Numbered from the stretch's first letter, positions 41,019-48,901 are shown. The stretch is DNA of 64,000 nucleotides from a virus (IMGVR_UViG_3300002835_000047:32001-96000); one strand, 5' to 3'. The notes: generated from the sequence alone by a model not told the origin. Program-made: numbers and translations.

Positions 41019-41187
41019 GGGCGCTATTAAGAAGCCCGGTTCATTAACTGCTACTGCTAAAAGAGCAGGAGCCGTGTCTAAAGACGGTACAATTAAAAAA
41101 GATTGGTTAAAAGAAAAGGCAAAAGGTAATGATAAAACAGCTAAAAGAGCTAGACTTGCTATTACACTTTCTAAACTTAAGAAGTAA
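40996..41187 (+). CDS. Small basic protein, 63 aa
   Basis: KNWIKGAIKKPGSL; Lys/Ala-rich; stop overlaps next ATG. Confidence 0.7.
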   Translation: MDKKNWIKGAIKKPGSLTATAKRAGAVSKDGTIKKDWLKEKAKGNDKTAKRARLAITLSKLKK

Positions 41188-41315
41188 TGAAAACTCAAAC
41201 TATTGTCAATAAAAAACCTAAAGTTTCAAGGCCAGGTGTTAATGCTAAGACTAAAACTAGCAAAAGCAAAATGAGCAAGTTATACAAAAAACCATACAGA
41301 GGTCAAGGTAAATAA
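41187..41315 (+). CDS. Small basic protein ending YRGQGK, 42 aa (not in the ORF track)
   Basis: MKTQTIVNKKPKVSRPGVNAKTKTSKSKMSKLYKKPYRGQGK*; TAATG coupling. Confidence 0.7.
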   Translation: MKTQTIVNKKPKVSRPGVNAKTKTSKSKMSKLYKKPYRGQGK

Positions 41316-41322
41316 TAGTAAA

Positions 41323-41475
41323 ATGAACAATATTGAATTTGAATTATATCTTAACTTACCTTATGAGAAATTTCTCATAGGATGGGAGACTATACATAGT
41401 AAAAATCCTCGCATGCCTAAGTATGAAATTCACATACACATCGTATGCTTTACTTTAAAATTTATAATCACTTAA
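41323..41475 (+). CDS. Hypothetical 50-aa protein (not in the ORF track)
   Basis: MNNIEFELYLNLPYEKFLIGWETIH...FTLKFIIT*; fills the gap between two basic-protein genes. Confidence 0.55.
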   Translation: MNNIEFELYLNLPYEKFLIGWETIHSKNPRMPKYEIHIHIVCFTLKFIIT

Positions 41476-41485
41476 TAACGCAATC

Positions 41486-41785
41486 ATGAAAAAATCTAAA
41501 TTTGGAGATAACTCTCAGTTGAAAAATGTGCCATCTGATAATAAAGGTCTTGGTAAATTGCCTACAGAAGTCCGTAATAAAATGGGATATAAGCAAATGG
41601 GCGGAGAAAAATTCTTGTCTAAAATGCAAATGGGAGGAAGTATGGATATGTCTGATAATTTTGTAGAAAAGATGCGTGGAGGTGGAGGCGTTAAAAAGAT
41701 GAAGTACAAAGAACCGGTTATGAAAAAACAAATTGGTGGTAGTATGCAATCAAGAACTAACAGTTTTAAATCAAGAAGTAAATAA
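41486..41785 (+). CDS. Small basic protein with four QxGG/RxGG repeats, 99 aa
   Basis: KQMGG, MQMGG, MRGGG, KQIGG; Lys/Met/Gly-rich. Confidence 0.7.
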   Translation: MKKSKFGDNSQLKNVPSDNKGLGKLPTEVRNKMGYKQMGGEKFLSKMQMGGSMDMSDNFVEKMRGGGGVKKMKYKEPVMKKQIGGSMQSRTNSFKSRSK

Positions 41786-41786
41786 A

Positions 41787-42104
41787 ATGAACATTTTAAC
41801 TGATATAATGTCCTTAATTAAAAGAAAGCAGTATGTAAAAGAGCTTTCTAAGGATGATGTATTTGTTATAGGTTTACATAAGGAGCCGGATATCCTAGGA
41901 ATAGCATCTCCAGTACCTTACAAAAGTGTTTCGCTAGCAAAGGTGTCAGATATTGCAAACATTCCATCTAATAAAATAAAAAAAGAAACTGTCACAACGG
42001 CTTCAGATCCAGGTGAGCCTGGTGATATTAGAGTTGATGCAAATTATATATATGTGTGCACTGCGGCAAATGTTTGGAAAAGAGCTACTTTAACTAGTTT
42101 TTAA
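41787..42104 (+). CDS. Short fibre/decoration-like protein, 105 aa (start re-called to 41787)
   Basis: C-terminal GEPGDIRVDANYIYVCTAANVWKRATL resembles a common phage fibre terminal module; N-terminus resembles that of 43814..45340. Confidence 0.6.
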   Translation: MNILTDIMSLIKRKQYVKELSKDDVFVIGLHKEPDILGIASPVPYKSVSLAKVSDIANIPSNKIKKETVTTASDPGEPGDIRVDANYIYVCTAANVWKRATLTSF

Positions 42105-42105
42105 C

Positions 42106-42291
42106 ATGAAAGCAAAAAGCAAAGTAAATTCAGCAGGTACTTATACCAAACCAGGTATGAGAGAATCGCTGTTTAAAAAGATTAAAGCCGGCACTAAAGG
42201 TGGTGATCCTGGAGAATGGTCCGCTAGGAAAGCACAAATGCTTGCTAGAGAATATAAATCTAAAGGCGGCGGATATAAAACTAAAAGGTAA
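42106..42291 (+). CDS. Small basic protein, N-terminal half of a DUF5872-like family, 61 aa
   Basis: YTKPGMRE...KGGDPGEWSARKAQMLAREYKSKGGGY. Confidence 0.65.
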   Translation: MKAKSKVNSAGTYTKPGMRESLFKKIKAGTKGGDPGEWSARKAQMLAREYKSKGGGYKTKR

Positions 42292-42308
42292 TATTAAAAA
42301 ATAAAATT

Positions 42309-42569
42309 ATGCCCGCAAATATGAAAAAAGCAGGAATCAAATACAAGGTAGGTGGTTCTGTAATTAAAAAAGCACAAGTTGGTGGAGAACAAAATATAAA
42401 GGAAACTCTAGCTCAAAAAAATGCTAGGGTAAATAAAGAAATAGATACCAGAGAAAAAAGAATCTCCGAAAAAGAAAAAAAAGATCAAAAGAATTCTTAT
42501 TCTAATGCAAGAGCTAATAAGGTTGTTGGCAAACTAAAGACTGGCGGAGTCGTTAAAACTAAAAAGTAA
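42309..42569 (+). CDS. Small basic protein with three xxVGG/TGG motifs, 86 aa
   Basis: YKVGG, AQVGG, LKTGG; Lys-rich. Confidence 0.65.
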   Translation: MPANMKKAGIKYKVGGSVIKKAQVGGEQNIKETLAQKNARVNKEIDTREKRISEKEKKDQKNSYSNARANKVVGKLKTGGVVKTKK

Positions 42570-42835
42570 TGGCTAAAGATCCTCAACAAAGCCTTAGAGA
42601 TTGGACTGCGCAAAAGTGGATGACATCTGGTACTTATGCAAATAAGAAGAAAGGTTCATCTAAAGAAGTAAAGTCTAAAGGTACTAAAAGGTACTTACCT
42701 GAGGCCGCTTGGGGAGCTTTATCACCGGGTGAGAAAGCGGCTACAAATAAAGCTAAAGCCGAAGGAAACAAAAAAGGAAAACAATTTGTTTCACAACCTA
42801 AATCAGCAAAAGAAAAAGCTAAACAATATAGATAA
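42569..42835 (+). CDS. Small basic protein, C-terminal half of a DUF5872-like family, 88 aa
   Basis: QQSLRDWTAQKW...TKRYLPEAAWGALSPGEKAATNKAK...GKQFV. Confidence 0.65.
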   Translation: MAKDPQQSLRDWTAQKWMTSGTYANKKKGSSKEVKSKGTKRYLPEAAWGALSPGEKAATNKAKAEGNKKGKQFVSQPKSAKEKAKQYR

Positions 42836-42855
42836 ACCCTCTAAATTTAAAAAAT

Positions 42856-43071
42856 ATGAAAATGAAAATGTCAAAAGAAGACAAAGCACGTGAAGAAAAA
42901 TGGGCTATTGAATCTGCAATGAGCACTATAAGCAGATACAATGAAATTCAAAAAGATAAAGCTTTGCTATCAAAAGTAAAAAGAGCTGCAGCAGAGCAAG
43001 TTAAAATGTTAGGTGGAATGGTATCTGGCATTGGAACTGCGCCGGCTAAAAAAGTTATTAAAAAGAAGTAG
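42856..43071 (+). CDS. Small basic helical protein, 71 aa
   Basis: REEKWAIESAM..; Lys-rich tail; TAG directly followed by next ATG. Confidence 0.6.
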   Translation: MKMKMSKEDKAREEKWAIESAMSTISRYNEIQKDKALLSKVKRAAAEQVKMLGGMVSGIGTAPAKKVIKKK

Positions 43072-43575
43072 ATGAAAAAATATTTTATATTCATTTTAAG
43101 TTTTTTAATTCTAAATTCTTGCTTTGTCACAAAAAGGCAAAGAGATAAAATTTGTAATGAATGTAAAACACATACCGAACATTACACTAGAGACAGTATT
43201 TACATAAAAGATACTGTTGTAGAAATTGAACCAGATAGTTCTTATGTTGAAGCACTTCTTTTTTGTGATAGTATTGGCAACGTTCATATGCGTGAAGTTG
43301 CTATTTTACAAGGTAGAGTAATTGACTTAAATGTAGCGCTTAAAAACAATACATTTAAGCTTAAAGCAAAAACTGATACGTTTAAAGTATATATTAAAGG
43401 ATCCACTGAAGTTTACTACAAGTATATAGAAAAAAAAGTTGAAAAACCGGTTAAAGTATATAAAGAGTATTGGTGGAAATGGCCATTAGTTATTTGGTCT
43501 GCTTTTAGCACTTTAATTTTTTTAATTACCTATAGATCAGTTTTGTTTAATTTTTTTAAACTAGTTATAAGATGA
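43072..43575 (+). CDS. Lipoprotein with C-terminal TM (unimolecular spanin-like), 167 aa
   Basis: Signal peptide II with lipobox ILNS-C17; beta-rich middle; C-terminal TM WPLVIWSAFSTLIFLITY. Confidence 0.65.
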   Translation: MKKYFIFILSFLILNSCFVTKRQRDKICNECKTHTEHYTRDSIYIKDTVVEIEPDSSYVEALLFCDSIGNVHMREVAILQGRVIDLNVALKNNTFKLKAKTDTFKVYIKGSTEVYYKYIEKKVEKPVKVYKEYWWKWPLVIWSAFSTLIFLITYRSVLFNFFKLVIR

Positions 43576-43796
43576 GCCCAAAAGATAGACTTAGAGAGGG
43601 AACAACAACTTTTATAGGGTTGTTGTTTTTGTTATCAGCAGTTGGTATGACTGTAATGAATATTTTTTTTGAAAAAGATTTTGCCGCGTGGTCTGCAATT
43701 ATTCCAATTGCGCTATTAGGCTGGGTATTTTTATGGTCAAAAAATTCAATTCTAGAAGGTATTACATTAGGTATATTTAAGGCAAACGAAAATTAA
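43572..43796 (+). CDS. Two-TM holin-like protein, 74 aa
   Basis: Two hydrophobic helices; overlaps spanin-like gene by 4 nt. Confidence 0.5.
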   Translation: MSPKDRLREGTTTFIGLLFLLSAVGMTVMNIFFEKDFAAWSAIIPIALLGWVFLWSKNSILEGITLGIFKANEN

Positions 43797-43813
43797 AATT
43801 TTAAAGTTTAATC

Positions 43814-45340
43814 ATGCAATTAATACAAGAGATACTAGGATTACTAGAGAAAAAGGAAGCTGTTAAAACTTTAATCTCAAATCGTGACTGGTTTGAGTTT
43901 GGAAGATTTCAGAGTAGCACCGTGAGTGGTTCTTCGTATTTCCCTAGAATGACACCACATGTAATTAGATATGATGATTTAGTTGCATCAATTGTATCAA
44001 ATATTCCGGTCAGTAGTATAACGCTAACTACTACAGGCACATCTGGTGCTGCAACATTAACTGGTACTGTATTAAATATTCCTCAATATCAAAATACTAC
44101 ATATACTGCAGGTACTGGGTTAACCTTAACCGGTACTGTATTTTCTCTTACAAATGTTTCCACTCAAAGCACTAGTGATTCTGCACTTTTAGGAAATGGT
44201 GGAGTTTTTGGTTCTGTTGAAGCGCTTACAGTTAATTCAACTGGACAAGTAACAGCTTATAATTATAGAACACATACCTTACCTACTATAGTGGCTGGCT
44301 CGGGTATAACAGTGACTCCCAATCTTACACCTACGACATCAACCATTACAATAAGTGCTACCGGAGGATCATCTGCAAATGCATGGTACAATATTGCTGT
44401 AGCTAATAGTTCTGCTGCTGGTGGTTCTAATACACTTGTACCAGATGCTGTTCAAGATACTTTAACCTTTGCCGGGGGAACCGGTATAGAAGTTTCTACT
44501 TTAGATACTGGTGGAACTCTTGATAGAGTTGTAATTACAAATACAGGTGTGACAAGTTTTGGAGGCTCAACCGGTTCAATAACTTTGGGCTCAGGTCTTA
44601 CTTTAAGTGGTGGTGCATTAAGTACTACAGGTGGAAGTGGAACTGTTACATCTATTCAACTTGTAATGCCAACTGGGTTTTCTGTGTCAACGCCAAATCC
44701 TATTACTACATCTGGCATATTTGACGTTACATTGAATTTAAACCCTGGTATTGTATCAGTTGTTGCTGGTGAATTAACTAATGCTGTAATTGGTACTGGT
44801 CTTAATTATAATGCGGGTACTAATACATTATCTAGCACTATTGTAAGTTGTTTAGATAATAAGTATGATACTTACAATATGGTTGTAGACAAAGGAAATG
44901 ATGCAACTATGGTATCAAATGCAAATGGGGTATTAGGATTTAAAGCTACGGCTGCAAATTTAGAATATAATTTAGTGCTTACATTAACTTATCAAGGTGT
45001 TAATGGTACAACCAATTATACGGAAACACATGTCAGTATGCCTGTTCACTTTAGAAAATCATCTACAAGTGGAAGTAATGTTATTGCTCCATTTACACAT
45101 TTAGTACAATGGGATGATTATGTATTTATTCCCCATGAAGATACCGGTCGTAGTGCAACAAGAACATACTCCTGGACTGTTAAAAATTTAGCTTTAAATG
45201 ACGCTATTTCAATATGGGTAGGTGGTACGCCTACTTATAATGGTACTGGCGATATAAAAGTTAAAAAGGCAAATTTGTCAATAACTGTAGCATCTTGTGA
45301 AGCATTCGGTACTAACATAGCACCAATAACTGTAGCATAA
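43814..45340 (+). CDS. Fibre/spike protein, 508 aa
   Basis: Thr/Gly/Ser-rich shaft with repeated (A/L/I)G[TS]G[LI]x[LVY] beta motifs and a distinct C-terminal domain. Confidence 0.7.
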   Translation: MQLIQEILGLLEKKEAVKTLISNRDWFEFGRFQSSTVSGSSYFPRMTPHVIRYDDLVASIVSNIPVSSITLTTTGTSGAATLTGTVLNIPQYQNTTYTAGTGLTLTGTVFSLTNVSTQSTSDSALLGNGGVFGSVEALTVNSTGQVTAYNYRTHTLPTIVAGSGITVTPNLTPTTSTITISATGGSSANAWYNIAVANSSAAGGSNTLVPDAVQDTLTFAGGTGIEVSTLDTGGTLDRVVITNTGVTSFGGSTGSITLGSGLTLSGGALSTTGGSGTVTSIQLVMPTGFSVSTPNPITTSGIFDVTLNLNPGIVSVVAGELTNAVIGTGLNYNAGTNTLSSTIVSCLDNKYDTYNMVVDKGNDATMVSNANGVLGFKATAANLEYNLVLTLTYQGVNGTTNYTETHVSMPVHFRKSSTSGSNVIAPFTHLVQWDDYVFIPHEDTGRSATRTYSWTVKNLALNDAISIWVGGTPTYNGTGDIKVKKANLSITVASCEAFGTNIAPITVA

Positions 45341-45341
45341 T

Positions 45342-45641
45342 ATGGAACCTAAACTTAAAAATGCAGGTGTTAGTGGTTATAATAAACCAAAAGCAACACC
45401 ATCACATCCAACTAAATCTCACATTGTAGTTGCTAAGGAAGGTGAAAAGACTAAAACTATACGCTTTGGGCAACAGGGTGTCAAAACTAATCAAACTGTT
45501 GGCCAGAGAGAGGCATTTAAGTCAAGGCATGCTAAGAATATTTCAAAAGGTAGAATGAGTGCTGCATATTGGGCTGATAAAGTAAAATGGGCTCCTAGTA
45601 AAACAGCATCTCCAAGTAAAAAATGGAAAAAAGGTAGCTGA
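45342..45641 (+). CDS. Small basic conserved aquatic-phage protein, 99 aa
   Basis: KTIRFGQQG...FKSRH...SAAYWADKVKW. Confidence 0.65.
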   Translation: MEPKLKNAGVSGYNKPKATPSHPTKSHIVVAKEGEKTKTIRFGQQGVKTNQTVGQREAFKSRHAKNISKGRMSAAYWADKVKWAPSKTASPSKKWKKGS

Positions 45642-45980
45642 TTATTTCAAAATCTCCAAAATATAAATGGAGTTGTTTGTCTTAAATCTAATTTTATCTT
45701 TTGTAACGTAAAACAACTCTGTGATTGGCGTTGTAAGCCATGTGAATGCTATTCCTGGGTCTAACAATAGAGATCTACCTACTGCAGGTTCCGTATAAAA
45801 AACAGAATCTTTTCTTTGGTTTAAACTAACCCACTTAATCTTATATCCTACTTTAGTTAAGCCGTCAGATTCTCGTGTAAGTTTGTACTTAAGTTTTTTG
45901 GGTTTTTGTAAATTATGTCTATCCTGCTCTAAAGCGCCGGCTATTTTTGGATTTGATCTTGATTTTTTTTCTATTGTCAT
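45642..45980 (-). CDS. Hypothetical protein, 112 aa
   Basis: ORF with A-rich upstream; PAVGRSLLLDP..WLTT...FKTNNSIYIL beta-rich block. Confidence 0.6.
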   Translation of the reverse strand: MTIEKKSRSNPKIAGALEQDRHNLQKPKKLKYKLTRESDGLTKVGYKIKWVSLNQRKDSVFYTEPAVGRSLLLDPGIAFTWLTTPITELFYVTKDKIRFKTNNSIYILEILK

Positions 45981-45994
45981 AACTATTAAAGTTT

Positions 45995-46044
45995 AAGAGA
46001 GCCCGGGTAGAAACTAAAAAACTACCCGGGGTTGGTTCTCTCTT
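45995..46044. terminator. GC-rich hairpin CCCGGGTAG/CTACCCGGG with outer AAGAGAG/CTCTCTT pairing
   Basis: Perfect 9-bp stem at 46002-46010/46022-46030 in an AT-rich intergenic region. Confidence 0.5.
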
Positions 46045-46046
46045 TA

Positions 46047-46121
46047 TTAAAACTTAGGTTTTCTAATTACGTTTATAATTATGAATAAACCTATAAGTAG
46101 AATTATTACAGCTTTGACCAT
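46047..46121 (-). CDS. 24-aa single-TM micropeptide (not in the ORF track)
   Basis: MVKAVIILLIGLFIIINVIRKPKF*; ATG overlaps the DUF932-like stop (TAATG). Confidence 0.5.
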   Translation of the reverse strand: MVKAVIILLIGLFIIINVIRKPKF

Positions 46122-46975
46122 TAAAGTTCAAAAGAAGGATTTTCAATAATGGCATCTATATTAACACTAACGCTATTGGATTCAAGATCTACATTGTTTA
46201 CATCTATAACGTTATAGGTGTCTTTAGTATTTATATTAGTATTACTTAGTAATTCTGTTGTAATAAATTTATGAAACTCTTTACTATTATATAACCAGCT
46301 TCTAGGGTGTGTTTTCTTTAAAGCCAAAGTAACATGATTATATAAGGCCCAGGCATTATCATTACTTACATTATAGTTGAATGAGCTTTTTTTCATTTCA
46401 TCTTTAATCATTGATAATTGACTGGGCTCTAAAATATCTTTTTCGTAGTAAAGTCTGCCAATAAGTTCTGCTTGTTCTCTTTTTGAGAGTGTAATTTTTT
46501 TCAGTTCATTTTTATCATTTACAATATTTTTAAATGTATTTACAGAACCTAAAATTTGACTTTCAATTTGAGATATAATTTCTAAATCTGCAGTGCCGGT
46601 ATGTTTTCTAGCAAAGTTTATTTCTCCACCAACAATATTGCTAGATGATAAAAAAACATATGCTCCAACTGAGCACTGAAATCTAATAGATTTATCATAG
46701 GAATTTGTCCAAGCAAACATTATACCGATATCCGGATCTTGGTCACTACTATTATAATTTAAAGGTGCTAGATGATAAATACCTTGGGCAACATTACCAC
46801 CTTGATTACATATATAAGTTTCTTTTTTAATTGTGTAGTTAGAACTGTTTAAGTTTTCTATTACATTATCAATGACAAATTTATGTGGTATAACTGTGTA
46901 TGATTCGGCATGCTTTGGAAGACTTGCATTTTCTAAATAAATTTTAGAAACCTCCCTTGATTTTTGGTATCCCAT
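46121..46975 (-). CDS. DUF932-like protein, 284 aa
   Basis: YTVIPHKFVID, MFAWTNSYDKS..F..SVGAYV, AWALYNHVT. Confidence 0.7.
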   Translation of the reverse strand: MGYQKSREVSKIYLENASLPKHAESYTVIPHKFVIDNVIENLNSSNYTIKKETYICNQGGNVAQGIYHLAPLNYNSSDQDPDIGIMFAWTNSYDKSIRFQCSVGAYVFLSSSNIVGGEINFARKHTGTADLEIISQIESQILGSVNTFKNIVNDKNELKKITLSKREQAELIGRLYYEKDILEPSQLSMIKDEMKKSSFNYNVSNDNAWALYNHVTLALKKTHPRSWLYNSKEFHKFITTELLSNTNINTKDTYNVIDVNNVDLESNSVSVNIDAIIENPSFEL

Positions 46976-47020
46976 TTTTAAATTTTTATAAAGTTAACTA
47001 ATAATACTGAAATAAACAAA

Positions 47021-47851
47021 TTAAAATATATATCTAATTGTTTTTGGATCAAAGTATTTAGAATATATACTTACAAACTTGTTTAAAAGTTTATACTTAT
47101 AGCTCAAAGGATATCTCATTATACCCTGTTTGTTTTTTACTTCTGAGCTATATTTCATTAATTCCTGAGCTTGATTGTCAGACCGGCTCATTTGATTTTT
47201 ATGATTTGTTAAAGCAATTACCTCACATTTATTTTCTCCGGCGTTTAATTTAACTTCCTTAAATAAATTATCATAATGATTTTCCCAACCAGGATAAAAA
47301 ATTACAGGACTATAGTTACAGTGCACTTCCCAACCTAAATTTTTAAGTCTGTTAATATCAAAAATTCTTTCAGATATTTTTTGCATCTTGGGCTCTAATA
47401 CATCAGAATAAATTTGAGGCATTAAACTAACTCTTACTCTAGGTTTTTTATTAAAATGATTTACATCAATATTTAATAAAGACGGATACTTTGTTGCCAT
47501 TGTACTATTTAATCTAGGATGGTCATCATATCTTTTAAGATATTTAATTAAAGGTTCAGGCATATGTTTTTGCATTAAAACAAGATCTGTATTACATGCT
47601 ATATCAACCATAGTGTAAACTGGATCTTGTTGATCCGGGATTTTAGTAAAACTTTTTTCCCATTCTATTACTGAGTTAAATATATCATCAACATTTTTAT
47701 TTACAAAAACATTATTGTTATATCTAGACATGTAGCAATAACTATTAACACAACCTCCAAAACAACCGTAAATTATATTTGGTGCAATACAATTAGCACT
47801 ATTATTATTATCTTTAGTTACAAGTGTTTTAGTATTTTGAACTTTAATCAT
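47021..47851 (-). CDS. splB: Spore photoproduct lyase-family radical SAM enzyme, 276 aa
   Basis: GCFGGCVNSYCYM cluster motif, DIACNTD (SplB Cys141-like position), ATKY, VRVSLMPQ, EPK...I.ER, GWEVHCNYSPVI. Confidence 0.8.
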   Translation of the reverse strand: MIKVQNTKTLVTKDNNNSANCIAPNIIYGCFGGCVNSYCYMSRYNNNVFVNKNVDDIFNSVIEWEKSFTKIPDQQDPVYTMVDIACNTDLVLMQKHMPEPLIKYLKRYDDHPRLNSTMATKYPSLLNIDVNHFNKKPRVRVSLMPQIYSDVLEPKMQKISERIFDINRLKNLGWEVHCNYSPVIFYPGWENHYDNLFKEVKLNAGENKCEVIALTNHKNQMSRSDNQAQELMKYSSEVKNKQGIMRYPLSYKYKLLNKFVSIYSKYFDPKTIRYIF

Positions 47852-47864
47852 TTATAGATTGTTC

Positions 47865-48236
47865 TTAAAGTATTTCAGATTGTATTTGATTACGCCAATT
47901 ACAAGGCTCTGGAGATTTTATTGCTAATTCAGCTAACTTTTTATCGTTTGTTACTGATAGTATAGACACATAGCAATTTTCTCTTTGTGTCATTAAAAGA
48001 TTTTCAACTTCTTTTTCTGTATAAATTTTGTTTTCACAGGGTTTGGGCCGGTTGTCGTTGATGTAACCATTTGAATTCTCAAAGTAGATTTCATTGCCTT
48101 CGGTATCCCGTTCAAACTTTGCCCAATCTCCATCTGAATCCTCTAAGTAGATTAGTCTACCATTTTTATCTTTAATTACCAAAGTTCCATTTACTTCAAA
48201 GTCCCATTTGATTTGTTGTCCTATTGTCTGTGTCAT
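47865..48236 (-). CDS. Repeat protein (IYxE[DN]SxG units), paralog 2, 123 aa
   Basis: MTQTIGQQIKWDF..., two repeats, DNRPKP. Confidence 0.7.
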   Translation of the reverse strand: MTQTIGQQIKWDFEVNGTLVIKDKNGRLIYLEDSDGDWAKFERDTEGNEIYFENSNGYINDNRPKPCENKIYTEKEVENLLMTQRENCYVSILSVTNDKKLAELAIKSPEPCNWRNQIQSEIL

Positions 48237-48374
48237 ACTTTAACGCATTGGTTATTTGATTGTGTTGGATTCGTTTACTTGATTTACAAATCGGGTCATA
48301 AGTTCACTCAATTTGTGGACATCCTCAGCAAGTGATTCAAGGGTCAATTCACGAATTGGTTTGGGCCGGTTGTC
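48040..48374. repeat. 17-nt direct repeat GGTTTGGGCCGGTTGTC (48040-48056 and 48358-48374)
   Basis: Exact match; its reverse complement encodes DNRPKP in both paralogs. Confidence 0.85.
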
Positions 48375-48617
48375 TTCAATTAAACCATTTGAATCTTCAT
48401 AGTATATTTGATTACCTTCAGAATTGTATTCCTGCTTTTCCCAATATCCATCTGAATTTTCATAGTAAATTGTATTGCCTTGAGAATCGTATTTATACTT
48501 TTCATAAAATCCAGTTGGATCCTCAAAGTAGATGTTTTTACCATTCTTGCCTTTGATTTCTAAAAAACCATCGGTCTTAAAATCCCAGTTAATTTGTTGT
48601 GCTATTGTTTGTGTCAT
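48252..48617 (-). CDS. Repeat protein (IYxE[DN]SxG units), paralog 1, 121 aa
   Basis: MTQTIAQQINWDF..., three repeats, DNRPKP. Confidence 0.7.
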   Translation of the reverse strand: MTQTIAQQINWDFKTDGFLEIKGKNGKNIYFEDPTGFYEKYKYDSQGNTIYYENSDGYWEKQEYNSEGNQIYYEDSNGLIEDNRPKPIRELTLESLAEDVHKLSELMTRFVNQVNESNTIK

Positions 48618-48889
48618 TTTATTATTTTTATTTCAGATTCGGTTTCAATTACAACTCTTGCGCCACATGATATTAATGGTTTTGTTTCAGTTCCTGAACC
48701 ACAATAAATAATTTTACTTGGACCCATAATTTCAACTTCATTACAATATGTGTTTTTTCTACCTTGTTTCACAGTAATGACAGGTAAATCAGTTCCCTTT
48801 GTTTTGTTAGACCTTATGTGGTGTTGGTTAACGTGAATTTTTGTTTTCATTCGTGGTTCAATAAGAATTTGTTGTCCTATTGTTTTCAT
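48614..48889 (-). CDS. Conserved phage hypothetical protein, 91 aa
   Basis: IHVNQHHIRSN...PVITVK...CGARVVIET. Confidence 0.65.
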   Translation of the reverse strand: MKTIGQQILIEPRMKTKIHVNQHHIRSNKTKGTDLPVITVKQGRKNTYCNEVEIMGPSKIIYCGSGTETKPLISCGARVVIETESEIKIIK

Positions 48890-48901
48890 ACTTTGGTTGG
48901 T

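Noticed and set aside
41733-41786. Upstream extension of ORF 41733..42104
   Set aside because: Overlaps the previous gene by 53 nt; ATG at 41787 directly follows the upstream stop and gives an N-terminus matching the 508-aa fibre
47865-48617. Diversity-generating retroelement (template/variable repeat pair)
   Set aside because: No reverse transcriptase in the window; the paralogs differ at all base types rather than only at adenines
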